The notes below the pieces were generated by a model, which saw only the letters and a program-made list of their open reading frames with translations, had not been told where the DNA came from and searched no databases. The position numbers and the translations under genes were made by a program. DNA of 44,416 nucleotides from Candidatus Methylomirabilia bacterium (lineage in GTDB: Bacteria; Methylomirabilota; Methylomirabilia; Rokubacteriales; CSP1-6), in assembly GCA_041496385.1 (NCBI GenBank), contig JBGQEL010000028.1, positions 1 through 44,416 of the forward strand. The letters run 5' to 3'. Below are positions 12,845 through 21,113 of the stretch, piece by piece. Each line of letters begins with the position of its first letter. Within the stretch, counting starts at the first letter, position 1.

Positions 12845-13042
12845 TCAGAGATAGGGGACGAGCACTCGGAGATTGGCCGCGTCCGCCTTGTCGACCAGCT
12901 TGTTGGCGCGCAGTCGGCGCCGCCGCTTCGGACTCTTCTTCTCCAGCTTGTGCTGCTTCCAGGCGCCGGCGCGCACCAGCTTCCCGGACCCGGTCTTCTT
13001 GAGCCGCTTGGCCGCGCCGCGCTTCGTCTTCATCTTCGGCAT
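12845..13042 (-). CDS. rpmI: 50S ribosomal protein L35
   Basis: MPKMKTKRGAAKRLKKTGSGK...; 65 aa, between infC and rplT. Confidence 0.97.
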   Translation of the reverse strand: MPKMKTKRGAAKRLKKTGSGKLVRAGAWKQHKLEKKSPKRRRRLRANKLVDKADAANLRVLVPYL

Positions 13043-13056
13043 CGTTCGCCTCGCTC

Positions 13057-13578
13057 CTAGTTGTGCGCCTTGGGGCTCAGGATGATGTGGAGCATGCGCC
13101 CCTCCATCCTGGGGTTGTTCTCGGTCGTCGCGATGTCCTGCGTCGCCTCGACCATCTTGTTGAGCATCTTCCAGCCCAGCTCGGTGTGCGCCATCTCGCG
13201 CCCCTTGAAGCGCACCGTCACCTTCGCCTTGTGGCCTTCCTCGAGGAAGCGCCGCACGTGCTTGAGCTTGAAGTCGAAGTCGTGCTTCTCCGTCTTCGGC
13301 CCCATCTTCACTTCCTTGACCAGGATCGTCGTCTGCTTCTTGCGCGCTTCCTTGAGCCGCCGCGCCTGCGTGTACTTGTACTTGCCGAAGTCCATGATGC
13401 GGCACACCGGCGGCTGCGCCTCCGGCGCCACCTCGACCAGGTCCAGCTCCTGCTGCCGGGCCGTGTCGAGCGCCGCCTGGGTCGCCATGACGCCGAGCTG
13501 CGCCCCGTCGGCGCTGACGACCCGGACCTCCCGGACCCTGATGCCCTCGTTGATGCGGATTTCTTTCGCTTGGCTGAT
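13057..13578 (-). CDS. infC: Translation initiation factor IF-3, probable ATC start
   Basis: LDLVEVAP, PPVCRIMDFGK and FKGRE motifs. The frame extends upstream of ATG 13488 through the conserved RINEGIRVREVRVV to ATC at 13578, 8 nt after GGAGGAG. Confidence 0.95.
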   Translation of the reverse strand: MSQAKEIRINEGIRVREVRVVSADGAQLGVMATQAALDTARQQELDLVEVAPEAQPPVCRIMDFGKYKYTQARRLKEARKKQTTILVKEVKMGPKTEKHDFDFKLKHVRRFLEEGHKAKVTVRFKGREMAHTELGWKMLNKMVEATQDIATTENNPRMEGRMLHIILSPKAHN

Positions 13579-13643
13579 GTGTGTGGCTCCTCCAGGTTAG
13601 CCGACGGGCCCGGCGTGGGAACAGCGAACGGCCGGCCGCCCGA

Positions 13644-15428
13644 TCACGAGCGGCCCACGGTGAGACTGGACGCGCGCGTGCCGATCTCGCGCGCGAGGTC
13701 GGCCAGCACCCGGTCGAGCGGGATCGCCCCGACATCGTCGCCCGTCCGGTGCCGGAGACTGACGGTCCCGTTCTGGCTCTCGCGCTCGCCGACCACGAGC
13801 ATGTACGGGACCTTCCGGAGCTGCGCCTCGCGGATCTTGTAACCGAGCTTCTCGTTGCGGTCGTCGAGCTCCGCGCGCACGCGCGCGCCGCGGAGCTTCG
13901 CGTGCACCGCGCGCGCGTACTCCGCGTGCTTCTCGCTCACGGGCAGCACGCGCGCCTGGACGGGCGCGAGCCACGTCGGGAACGCGCCCGCGAAGTGCTC
14001 GATGAGGATGCCGATGAAGCGCTCGAACGAGCCGAAGATCGCGCGATGGACCATGACCGGTGGCTTGGGCTGCCCATCGCTGTCGATGTACTCGAGCCCG
14101 AAGAGGTGGGGCTGCTGGAGGTCGAGCTGGATCGTCGCGAGCTGCCACGTCCGCCCCAGCGCGTCCAGCACATCGACGTCGATCTTCGGCGCGTAGAAGC
14201 CGCCGTCGCCGGGATTCAACTCGTACGCCAGCCCGTTCGCCTTCAGCACCTCGTGCAGCGCCGCCTCCGCGGTATCCCACTGCGCGTCGGTCCCCAGTCG
14301 CTTCTCCGGGCGTGTCGCCAGCCTGAAGGACGGCTCGAGACCGAACGGTTTGTACCACTCCCGGACGGATTGGAGCATGTGCGTGATCTCGTCCTGGATC
14401 TGGTCGGGCCGACAGTAGACGTGGGCGTCGTCCTGCGTGAACTGCCGGACGCGGAAGAGCCCACTCAGCGTCCCCGAGCGCTCGTTGCGGTGCAGGCGCC
14501 CCATGTCACTAAGGCGCAACGGCAGGTCGCGGTACGAGCGCAGCGCGTGACGGTAGACGAGGGTCGACTCGGGGCAGTTCATTGGCTTGAGGCCGAAGAC
14601 CTGTTTCTCGACCTCCACGAGGAACATGTTGTCCTGGTAATGCTCCCAGTGCCCCGACTCCTCCCACAGCTTCTTGTTGACCAGGATCGGCGTCGAGATC
14701 TCCTGGTAGCCGCTCGCGTCGAGCATCTCGCGCACGAACCGCTCGAGCTCGCGCACGAGCGTCCAGCCATTGGGCAGCCAGAAGGGCGCGCCCGGTGAGA
14801 CCTCGTTGAAGATGAAGAGATCCAGCTCGCGGCCGAGCTTCCGGTGGTCGCGCTTCTTGGCCTCCTCGAGCCGCCAGAGGTGCTTCTCGAGCTCGTCCTT
14901 GGTGAGCCAGGCCGTGCCGTAGATCCGCTGGAGCATCGGGTTCCGCTCGTCGCCGCGCCAGTAGGCTCCCGAGGACGAGAGGAGCTTGAAGTGCCGCACG
15001 TGGCCGGTCGAGGGCACGTGGGGCCCGCGGCAGAGATCGATGAAGTCGCCCTGCCGGTAGAGCGAGACGCGCGGCGCGTCGATGCCCTCGAGGATCTCGA
15101 CCTTGTACGGCTCGCCGCGCTCGCGGAAGAAGCGGATCGCCTCCTCGCGCGCCAGCTCCTGGCGCTCGAACGGATAGTCCGCCTTCGCGATCTCCCGCAT
15201 CGCGGCTTCGACCTTGGCGAGGTCCTCGGGCGTGAACGGCTCGTCCTTCGCGAAGTCGTAGTAAAAGCCGTCCTCGATCGCGGGTCCGATGGCCACCTTG
15301 ACGCCGGGGAACAGGCGCGTCACGGCCTGAGCCATGACGTGTGAGGTGGAGTGGCGGAGGGTCGCGAGCGGCGAGGGATCGCAGTCGAACTCGCCGATCA
15401 GCTTGAGATGGCGTTCTTCTTCAGACAG
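13644..15428 (-). CDS. thrS: Threonyl-tRNA synthetase, short form without TGS domain, probable CTG start
   Basis: RHSTSHVMAQAV, DLCRGPH, RDHRKLG, KPMNCP and MVHRAIFGS motifs. The RHS motif lies upstream of the ORF-track ATG, and there is no in-frame ATG/GTG/TTG between it and the tRNA. Confidence 0.93.
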   Translation of the reverse strand: MSEEERHLKLIGEFDCDPSPLATLRHSTSHVMAQAVTRLFPGVKVAIGPAIEDGFYYDFAKDEPFTPEDLAKVEAAMREIAKADYPFERQELAREEAIRFFRERGEPYKVEILEGIDAPRVSLYRQGDFIDLCRGPHVPSTGHVRHFKLLSSSGAYWRGDERNPMLQRIYGTAWLTKDELEKHLWRLEEAKKRDHRKLGRELDLFIFNEVSPGAPFWLPNGWTLVRELERFVREMLDASGYQEISTPILVNKKLWEESGHWEHYQDNMFLVEVEKQVFGLKPMNCPESTLVYRHALRSYRDLPLRLSDMGRLHRNERSGTLSGLFRVRQFTQDDAHVYCRPDQIQDEITHMLQSVREWYKPFGLEPSFRLATRPEKRLGTDAQWDTAEAALHEVLKANGLAYELNPGDGGFYAPKIDVDVLDALGRTWQLATIQLDLQQPHLFGLEYIDSDGQPKPPVMVHRAIFGSFERFIGILIEHFAGAFPTWLAPVQARVLPVSEKHAEYARAVHAKLRGARVRAELDDRNEKLGYKIREAQLRKVPYMLVVGERESQNGTVSLRHRTGDDVGAIPLDRVLADLAREIGTRASSLTVGRS

Positions 15429-15456
15429 TGGCGCGCTCGTCCCTGTGAGTTGTGAA

Positions 15457-15531
15457 TGGTAGGCTCGGGCGGTTTCGAACCGCCGACCTCCTCTGCGTCA
15501 GAGAGGCGCTCTCCCACTGAGCTACGAGCCT
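15457..15531 (-). tRNA. tRNA-Val(GAC)
   Basis: Cloverleaf with acceptor stem AGGCTCG/CGAGCCT, anticodon arm CCTCT-CTGACGC-AGAGG, T loop GGTTCGAA and encoded CCA; 75 nt. Confidence 0.95.
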
Positions 15532-15556
15532 ATCCAGAGTACCGGCCATGCTACCC

Positions 15557-16504
15557 CTACCGCAGCAGATTCGTCAACGACGACTCGACCATGTAGCTGA
15601 AGGTCGCGAGGATCGGGATGCCCGGCTTGCCTTTCGCCATGGACTCCGGCACGGGGGGAAAGGGCGACGCGAGGAGGATCGCCCGCTCGGCGTACTCGTC
15701 GTAGACCTCGTAGGCCGAACGCTCCCGCACGATCACGAACGGGACCCGGCCGTCCTTCAGGATCCCGAATTCGATGATGAGCTGCGCGCTCTTGTATTCG
15801 CACCGCGCCGACCCGGAGTCCTTGACGCACGGGTAGGACCACTTGTCCTTGATCATCCGCCGGATGCGGTCGAGGTAGTCGCTGTACTGCGGGTCCTTCG
15901 AGTCGAGCGGGATGGGCTCCCCCTCGATACCCGCCCGTCCCTCCCCTCGCCCACCGGCGCCCCCTTGACCCTGGCCGCCGCGCCGGAGGGCGGAGCGCAG
16001 ATCGGGCGCCGGCTCGCGCGGCCCGGTCCCGGCCGCGACGCGGGGTGCCGGCGGGGTCGCCTCCCTCGGCTGGGCCTCGGGCGGGGTCGGGGCGGCTGCT
16101 GGGGGGGGCGCCTTCGCGGGCGTGGCCTCCGCGGCGGACTCTTCCTTCGGCGCGGGAGGCGTCGGCGCAGGTGCCGCCTTCGCGACGGCGGCGGGCGGGG
16201 CCGGCTTCGGCTCGGCTCGCGGCGCCGGTGGGGTCCTCGCCGCGGGCGCGGCCGGCGGCGCGGGCCTCGGAGCCGGTGGCGCCGGCGGGGCCGCCTTCGC
16301 CGGCTCGGCCGCGGGCATCCCCCGCATGGCCTCCTCGTCGGCCTTCGGCAGCTCGACGAAGAGCGGCTCGCCCCGTTTGACCTCGGCCATTCGCGGCGGG
16401 CCGACCCAGAGAATCCCGCCGATCAGGAGCAGGTGGAGCAGGAGTGAGCCCGCGATCCCGGCCCACGGCCGCTTGCGCAAGAGCTCCCAGGTGGTGGCGC
16501 GCAT
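15557..16504 (-). CDS. TonB/TolA-like energy transducer family protein
   Basis: N-terminal anchor SLLLH (SxxxH), long Pro/Ala-rich linker and a C-terminal TonB_C-like domain (YLDRIRRMIKDKWSYP...ASPFPPVP). Confidence 0.8.
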   Translation of the reverse strand: MRATTWELLRKRPWAGIAGSLLLHLLLIGGILWVGPPRMAEVKRGEPLFVELPKADEEAMRGMPAAEPAKAAPPAPPAPRPAPPAAPAARTPPAPRAEPKPAPPAAVAKAAPAPTPPAPKEESAAEATPAKAPPPAAAPTPPEAQPREATPPAPRVAAGTGPREPAPDLRSALRRGGQGQGGAGGRGEGRAGIEGEPIPLDSKDPQYSDYLDRIRRMIKDKWSYPCVKDSGSARCEYKSAQLIIEFGILKDGRVPFVIVRERSAYEVYDEYAERAILLASPFPPVPESMAKGKPGIPILATFSYMVESSLTNLLR

Positions 16505-16511
16505 CTTCCCG

Positions 16512-16517
16512 ATTATA
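16512..16517 (-). promoter_or_regulatory. Perfect -10 box upstream of the TonB-like gene
   Basis: TATAAT 7 nt upstream of the ATG, in an AT-rich patch; no clear -35. Confidence 0.55.
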
Positions 16518-16526
16518 CGCTTTAGT

Positions 16527-17543
16527 TTAAAGGTCCCGATCGATCGCCTGGGCCACCCGCCGGAGGCGCTGCACGAGACCGACGAACCGCTCCGGCTTCA
16601 GCGACTGGGGGCCGTCCGACAGCGCCTCCTCCGGGCGCGGGTGCACCTCGATGATCAGGCCGTCGGCGCCCGCCGCCACCGCCGCCATCGCCATCGCCTC
16701 CACGTACTCCCAGTGGCCGGTGCCGTGACTGGGATCCACGACGACCGGCAGGTGCGAGAGCTTCTTCACCACCGGGACCGCGTTGAGGTCGAGCGTGTAG
16801 CGCGTCGCGGTCTCGAAGGTGCGGATGCCGCGCTCGCACAGGATCACGTTGGGATTGCCGCCCGCCAGGACGTACTCCGCCGAGAGGAGCCATTCCTGGA
16901 TCGAGGTCGCCATGCCGCGCTTCAGGAGCACGGGCTTCCGCGTCTCCGCGACGCGGCGGAGCAGCGAGAAGTTCTGGATGTTGCGCGCGCCGATCTGGAG
17001 GATGTCCGAGTACTGGGCGACGAGATCCACCTTGTCGGGCTCCATCACCTCGGTGACGACCGGCAGCCCGGTCTCGCGCGTGGCCTCGGCGAGGTACTTC
17101 AACCCCTCCTCCTCGAGACCCCGGAACGAGTACGGCGAGGTCCGCGGCTTGAAGGCGCCCCCGCGGAGGATCCGCGCGCCGCCGGCCTTCACCTTGTGGG
17201 CGACCTCGAGCACCTGCTCACGCGACTCGACGGAGCACGGCCCCGCCATCACCACGATCTCCTTGCCACCGATCCGCACGTCCTTCACGGACACGACGGT
17301 CGGCTCCCGGCGCACCTCGCGGCTCGCGAGCTTGAAGGGCTGGAGGATCGGCTGGACCGTCTCGACGCACTCGAGCGACTCGAGGCTCTTGAGGCGCTCC
17401 TTGCCGCGGTCGTCGCCGATCGCCCCGATGACCGTCCGCAGCTCACCACGGATGGTATGCGCGGCATAGCCCATCCGCTCGATGCGATGGCAGATGTCCT
17501 CGACCTCGGCGTCCGACGAACCTGCTCTGAGCACGATGATCAT
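16527..17543 (-). CDS. aroF: DAHP synthase type I-beta with N-terminal regulatory domain
   Basis: [39 protein letters not shown] and SDGPQSL motifs; GAGGAGG SD. Confidence 0.96.
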   Translation of the reverse strand: MIIVLRAGSSDAEVEDICHRIERMGYAAHTIRGELRTVIGAIGDDRGKERLKSLESLECVETVQPILQPFKLASREVRREPTVVSVKDVRIGGKEIVVMAGPCSVESREQVLEVAHKVKAGGARILRGGAFKPRTSPYSFRGLEEEGLKYLAEATRETGLPVVTEVMEPDKVDLVAQYSDILQIGARNIQNFSLLRRVAETRKPVLLKRGMATSIQEWLLSAEYVLAGGNPNVILCERGIRTFETATRYTLDLNAVPVVKKLSHLPVVVDPSHGTGHWEYVEAMAMAAVAAGADGLIIEVHPRPEEALSDGPQSLKPERFVGLVQRLRRVAQAIDRDL

Positions 17544-17573
17544 GACCGGCTGCCTCCTCGTCCTCCGTCGTGG

Positions 17574-17608
17574 AAAAACAAAAGGCCGCGGGGAGCGGCC
17601 CGCGGCCT
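17574..17608 (-). terminator. Intrinsic terminator (attenuator) upstream of aroF
   Basis: 10-bp stem AGGCCGCGGG/CCCGCGGCCT with a 6-nt loop, followed by a T-rich tract (TTTTGTTTTT) on the minus strand; about 30 nt before the aroF start. Confidence 0.85.
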
Positions 17609-17658
17609 CGACGGTGACATGGCCGTGGGCGCTCGGTCCGCCCGCGGCTCTCTGGGGT

Positions 17659-17736
17659 CTAGGTCAGAGTGCCTGGGCAGACCTCGGCGAAGTAAAAGAA
17701 GGTGACGAAGCTGGACCAACGAGCCGGGCTGCCCAT
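17659..17736 (-). CDS. aroF leader peptide [25 protein letters not shown]
   Basis: 25-aa ORF with W, F and FFYF codons, lying between a promoter and a terminator upstream of DAHP synthase. Confidence 0.75.
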   Translation of the reverse strand: MGSPARWSSFVTFFYFAEVCPGTLT

Positions 17737-17747
17737 AGGTGACGGTC

Positions 17748-17777
17748 ACTGTACCGGGCGCGCGGGCGGCCCGTCAA
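17748..17777 (-). promoter_or_regulatory. Sigma70-type promoter of the aroF leader
   Basis: TTGACG-N18-TACAGT, 11 nt upstream of the leader ATG. Confidence 0.7.
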
Positions 17778-17784
17778 GCTGTTT

Positions 17785-18495
17785 CTAGGCCTCTTCCTTG
17801 CCGTTCTTGCCGGGCTTGTGGAAGCGCTTGATGAGGCGGTCGCGGTAGTAGTAGAGGGGCAGGCAGCCGGCAATGACGATCGCCATGAAGGCGATCGCGT
17901 AGATGTACTGCTGCTCGGCAACGTGGGCGCCGAAGTAGGATGAGATCACGGTGCCCGGGATGCGGCCGACCGTCGAGATCACCGCGAAGAGCCAGAAGGG
18001 CATGGGGCTGATCCCGAAGAGGTAGGAGACGATGTCCTTCGGAAAACCCGGGATCAGGTAGAGGATGAAGCAGATGATCGCGCCCTCGGCCTCGAGGACG
18101 AAGCTCATCCGGTTCCAGCTGTGCTCGCTGAGCCAGGGTCGTACCAGCGGCTCGCCCCAGCGCCGGCCCACCCAGAAGCAGAAGAGCGTGCCGACCGTGA
18201 GCCCGACCGTCGAGTAGACGACACCCCACCACACGCCGAAGAGCGCGCCGCCGACGGGCCCCGTGATCTCGCCCGGGATCGGCGAGATGATGACCTGCAG
18301 CGCCTGGATCGCCATGAACACGAGCGGCGCCATCCAGCCCCACGCGCGCACCGTGTCCTTGAGGAACTGCTTGTCCTGGTAGAGCCGGACCATCCAGTGG
18401 ATCAGCGGCGCCTCGATCGTCACGAGCCAGATCACGAGCGCGAGCAACGTGAAGAGGACGCCTGTGACGATCGCCCATCGTCCGCGATCCGTCAT
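17785..18495 (-). CDS. TVP38/TMEM64 (VTT/SNARE-associated, DedA superfamily) membrane protein
   Basis: LQVIISPIPGE, GGALFG, LIPGFPKD and GRIPGT motifs; multiple TM segments. Confidence 0.88.
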   Translation of the reverse strand: MTDRGRWAIVTGVLFTLLALVIWLVTIEAPLIHWMVRLYQDKQFLKDTVRAWGWMAPLVFMAIQALQVIISPIPGEITGPVGGALFGVWWGVVYSTVGLTVGTLFCFWVGRRWGEPLVRPWLSEHSWNRMSFVLEAEGAIICFILYLIPGFPKDIVSYLFGISPMPFWLFAVISTVGRIPGTVISSYFGAHVAEQQYIYAIAFMAIVIAGCLPLYYYRDRLIKRFHKPGKNGKEEA

Positions 18496-18513
18496 CGGCC
18501 GGCGGGGGTGCGC

Positions 18514-19911
18514 TTACAGTGTGGGACGGCGGTCGCTCCAGGGGCGGGCCGCCTCGAACGCCGCGGCGGCGGCGAGGACGGTGGCGTCGGCGTGCCGGCG
18601 GCCGACGATCTGCAGGCCGACCGGCAGCCCGTCCGCGGTCCAGCCCGCGGGCACGGAGGCCGCGGGCTGGCCGGTGAGGTTGAAGGGAAACGCGAACGGC
18701 ATCCAGCCGAGCACCGAGACGGGCTCGCCCGCGATCTCGCGCGGCGGCGCGGCGCCCGCCGCGAAGGGCGGCACCGCGACCGTCGGCATCAGCAGCAGAT
18801 CGAAGCGTTCGAGAAACGCGTGCGCCTCGCGCCAGTACGCCTCGACGCGCTCGAGCGCGAGCACGTACTCGCGCGCCGTGACGGTCCCGCCCCGCCGGAT
18901 GAACTTCACGAGCGTCGGGTCCATCTGGGACTCGGCCTCGGGGAGGCGATCGGACCACGCGGCGTAGAACTGCGCGGCGACGATCGTGCCGAACCACTCC
19001 TCGGGGTCCTCCCAGCCCGGGTTCACGACCTCGACGTGGCAGCCGAGGGACTCGAACTCGGCCGCCGCGTCGCCGCAGATCTCCGCCACGCGCGGGTCCA
19101 CACGGGCGTAGCCGAGGTCGGCCGTCCAGGCGACGTGGAGTCCCTTCACGTCGCCGTCGCAGGCCTCGAGGTACGAGCCGGCCTCGCGCGGGAGCGACTG
19201 CCGGTCGCGGTCGTCGCCGCCCGCGATGGCGTCGAGCATGAGCGCGGCGTCGCGCACGCTGCGCGTGATCGGCCCGACGTGCGAGACGTGCGCGAAGCCC
19301 GGGAACCCGCCCCGGTGCGGCACGCGACCGAACGAGGGCTTGAGGCCGACGACGCCGCAGAACGACGCGGGAATGCGGACCGAGCCGCCGCCGTCGGTGC
19401 CGAGGGCGAGCGGGCCCAGACCGGCGGCGACGGCGGCCGCGGCGCCGCCGCTCGACCCGCCGGGCGTGAGCGCGAGATTCCACGGGTTGCGCGTGACGCC
19501 GAAGAGCGGGTTCTCGGTGATCGCCTTGTGCCCGAACTCCGAGGTGTTGGTCTTGCCGAGGACGACCGCGCCCGCGGCCTTCAGGCGCCCCACCGCGATC
19601 GCGTCCTCCTCGGGCACGTGGTCCGCGAAGAGGCGCGAGCCGCCCGTGGTCGTGAGGCCGCGCGTGAAGAGGACGTCTTTGATGGATACCGGCAGGCCGT
19701 GAAGCAGCCCGAGGGGCTCACCCTTCATCACCGCGATCTCGGCTTCGCGCGCGGCCGCGCGCGCCGGCTCCGCGGCGACCAGGCAGAAGGCGTTGAGCTT
19801 CGGATCGAGCGACTGGATGCGTGCGAGGACGGCATCGGTCACCTCGACCGGCGAGAGCTTCTTTGCCCGGATGAGATCGCCGACTTCGAGAGCCGACCAC
19901 CAGATCTCCAT
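18514..19911 (-). CDS. Amidase-signature family amidase
   Basis: SIKD, GKTNTSEFG, PGGSSGG and GTDGGGSVRIP (Ser-cisSer-Lys triad). Start placed at MEIWW (19911); 19932 is an alternative. Confidence 0.92.
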   Translation of the reverse strand: MEIWWSALEVGDLIRAKKLSPVEVTDAVLARIQSLDPKLNAFCLVAAEPARAAAREAEIAVMKGEPLGLLHGLPVSIKDVLFTRGLTTTGGSRLFADHVPEEDAIAVGRLKAAGAVVLGKTNTSEFGHKAITENPLFGVTRNPWNLALTPGGSSGGAAAAVAAGLGPLALGTDGGGSVRIPASFCGVVGLKPSFGRVPHRGGFPGFAHVSHVGPITRSVRDAALMLDAIAGGDDRDRQSLPREAGSYLEACDGDVKGLHVAWTADLGYARVDPRVAEICGDAAAEFESLGCHVEVVNPGWEDPEEWFGTIVAAQFYAAWSDRLPEAESQMDPTLVKFIRRGGTVTAREYVLALERVEAYWREAHAFLERFDLLLMPTVAVPPFAAGAAPPREIAGEPVSVLGWMPFAFPFNLTGQPAASVPAGWTADGLPVGLQIVGRRHADATVLAAAAAFEAARPWSDRRPTL

Positions 19912-19937
19912 CGACGGGTCGCATTGTATCATTCCGC

Positions 19938-21110
19938 GTGGTGAAGGCCTTCGACCGCCACGGCACGCTCGTGGCCGAGGTCGCCTGGACCGCCGCGGGC
20001 GCGCTGGAGGGCGCCTGGGTGAGGATCCCGAACGGCTCGTGGCTCGCGATCGAGCCGCGCGCCAGCTCGGACGCGCCCTGGGGCGTATCGGACCGGATCT
20101 GGCACGCGCCCGAGCGGGACAGCGCCGACCGCGCGCCCCTCACCGTCTTCGACGCCCTCGACTGGGCGCGCGTGGATCGCATTCCCGCGCTCGCCGAGCC
20201 CGCGCGGCTCCCTCCGGGCGGCGGCACGGCCGTGCTGAACCTGATCGCCGGGCTCGCGCTCGCCCAGGGCGTCGAGCGCCTCGCCTACGCCGGCCCCTAC
20301 CCGACCGAGCAGCTTTTCACGGCGCTCCTCGAGTCGTTCCGCTACGTGAGCGACGCGCCCGATCCGCTCGCGGCGTTCATGGCCGGCGGCGTCGAGTGGG
20401 AGCCCGCGCCCCACGAGCGCCTGTTTCCGGAAATGGGGCTCTACGTCCAGCTCCGCACCCGCGTCGAGAAGGTCGTCTTCCGCGGCACCGCCTACTACCG
20501 TCCCGACTGGCAGGGTGTGGCACGACACACGCCCCGGCGCGTGCGTGACACGCGCGCGGGCGTCGTCTGCTCGCTCTGGGCGCTGGGGCGGCCGCTCGAG
20601 GATCACCTGCTGCTCTCGCGCGAAGGCGCGCTCCTGCGCGTGCTGGAGCCGCCGCCCACCGCGGGGCCGGCGCGCGCGATGCGTCCCGAAATCTGCACGG
20701 GCCTCGCCGCCGCCATCGCCGCGGTCAGCGCGCCGGCCCTGGCGCCGCTGATCCGTGCGGCCGCCGGGCAGGCCCGCCTCGAGTGGGACGCGCTCCACCG
20801 GGAGCTCGTGAGCGTCGAACCCGGACGCATCCGCGTGTCCGTGAGGCTTCGTGCGCTGCTCGTGGACGCGCTGGGCGCGGCGCGCGGCCGCGGCGCCCGG
20901 GCCGCGCTCGCGCTGGCCGCCGTCGTCGAGCTCGCGGCACTCGCCGGGGACGCGCTCCGCGCGCGCGCCCAGGCCGCGCTCGCGGCGCTCGCCCCCGAGG
21001 CCCAGGCCGCCGCGCTCGCGGCGGGTGAGGCGGCGCCGCCCGGCGACGCGCGGAGCGCACAGGAGATCGCGGCGGCCGTCGAGGCGTTGCTGGACGACCT
21101 GACGCCGTGA
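19938..21110 (+). CDS. Hypothetical protein
   Basis: Long ORF with host-like codon usage, divergent from the amidase; no family recognised. Confidence 0.7.
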   Translation: MVKAFDRHGTLVAEVAWTAAGALEGAWVRIPNGSWLAIEPRASSDAPWGVSDRIWHAPERDSADRAPLTVFDALDWARVDRIPALAEPARLPPGGGTAVLNLIAGLALAQGVERLAYAGPYPTEQLFTALLESFRYVSDAPDPLAAFMAGGVEWEPAPHERLFPEMGLYVQLRTRVEKVVFRGTAYYRPDWQGVARHTPRRVRDTRAGVVCSLWALGRPLEDHLLLSREGALLRVLEPPPTAGPARAMRPEICTGLAAAIAAVSAPALAPLIRAAAGQARLEWDALHRELVSVEPGRIRVSVRLRALLVDALGAARGRGARAALALAAVVELAALAGDALRARAQAALAALAPEAQAAALAAGEAAPPGDARSAQEIAAAVEALLDDLTP

Positions 21111-21113
21111 GCG

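Noticed and set aside
15457..15556. tRNA as an integration site for an island or prophage
   Set aside because: No integrase, no duplicated tRNA 3' end seen, and the flanks are housekeeping genes.
15960..16320. Repetitive GC-rich stretch
   Set aside because: Encodes the Pro/Ala linker of the TonB-like protein; no fixed repeat-spacer period, so not a CRISPR array or tandem repeat.
17544..17750. T-box riboswitch upstream of aroF
   Set aside because: No T-box consensus (TGGnACCGCG) precedes the terminator; the leader peptide explains the region better.
18514..19911. Calling the amidase gatA
   Set aside because: No gatB or gatC adjacent; only generic amidase-signature motifs are recognisable.
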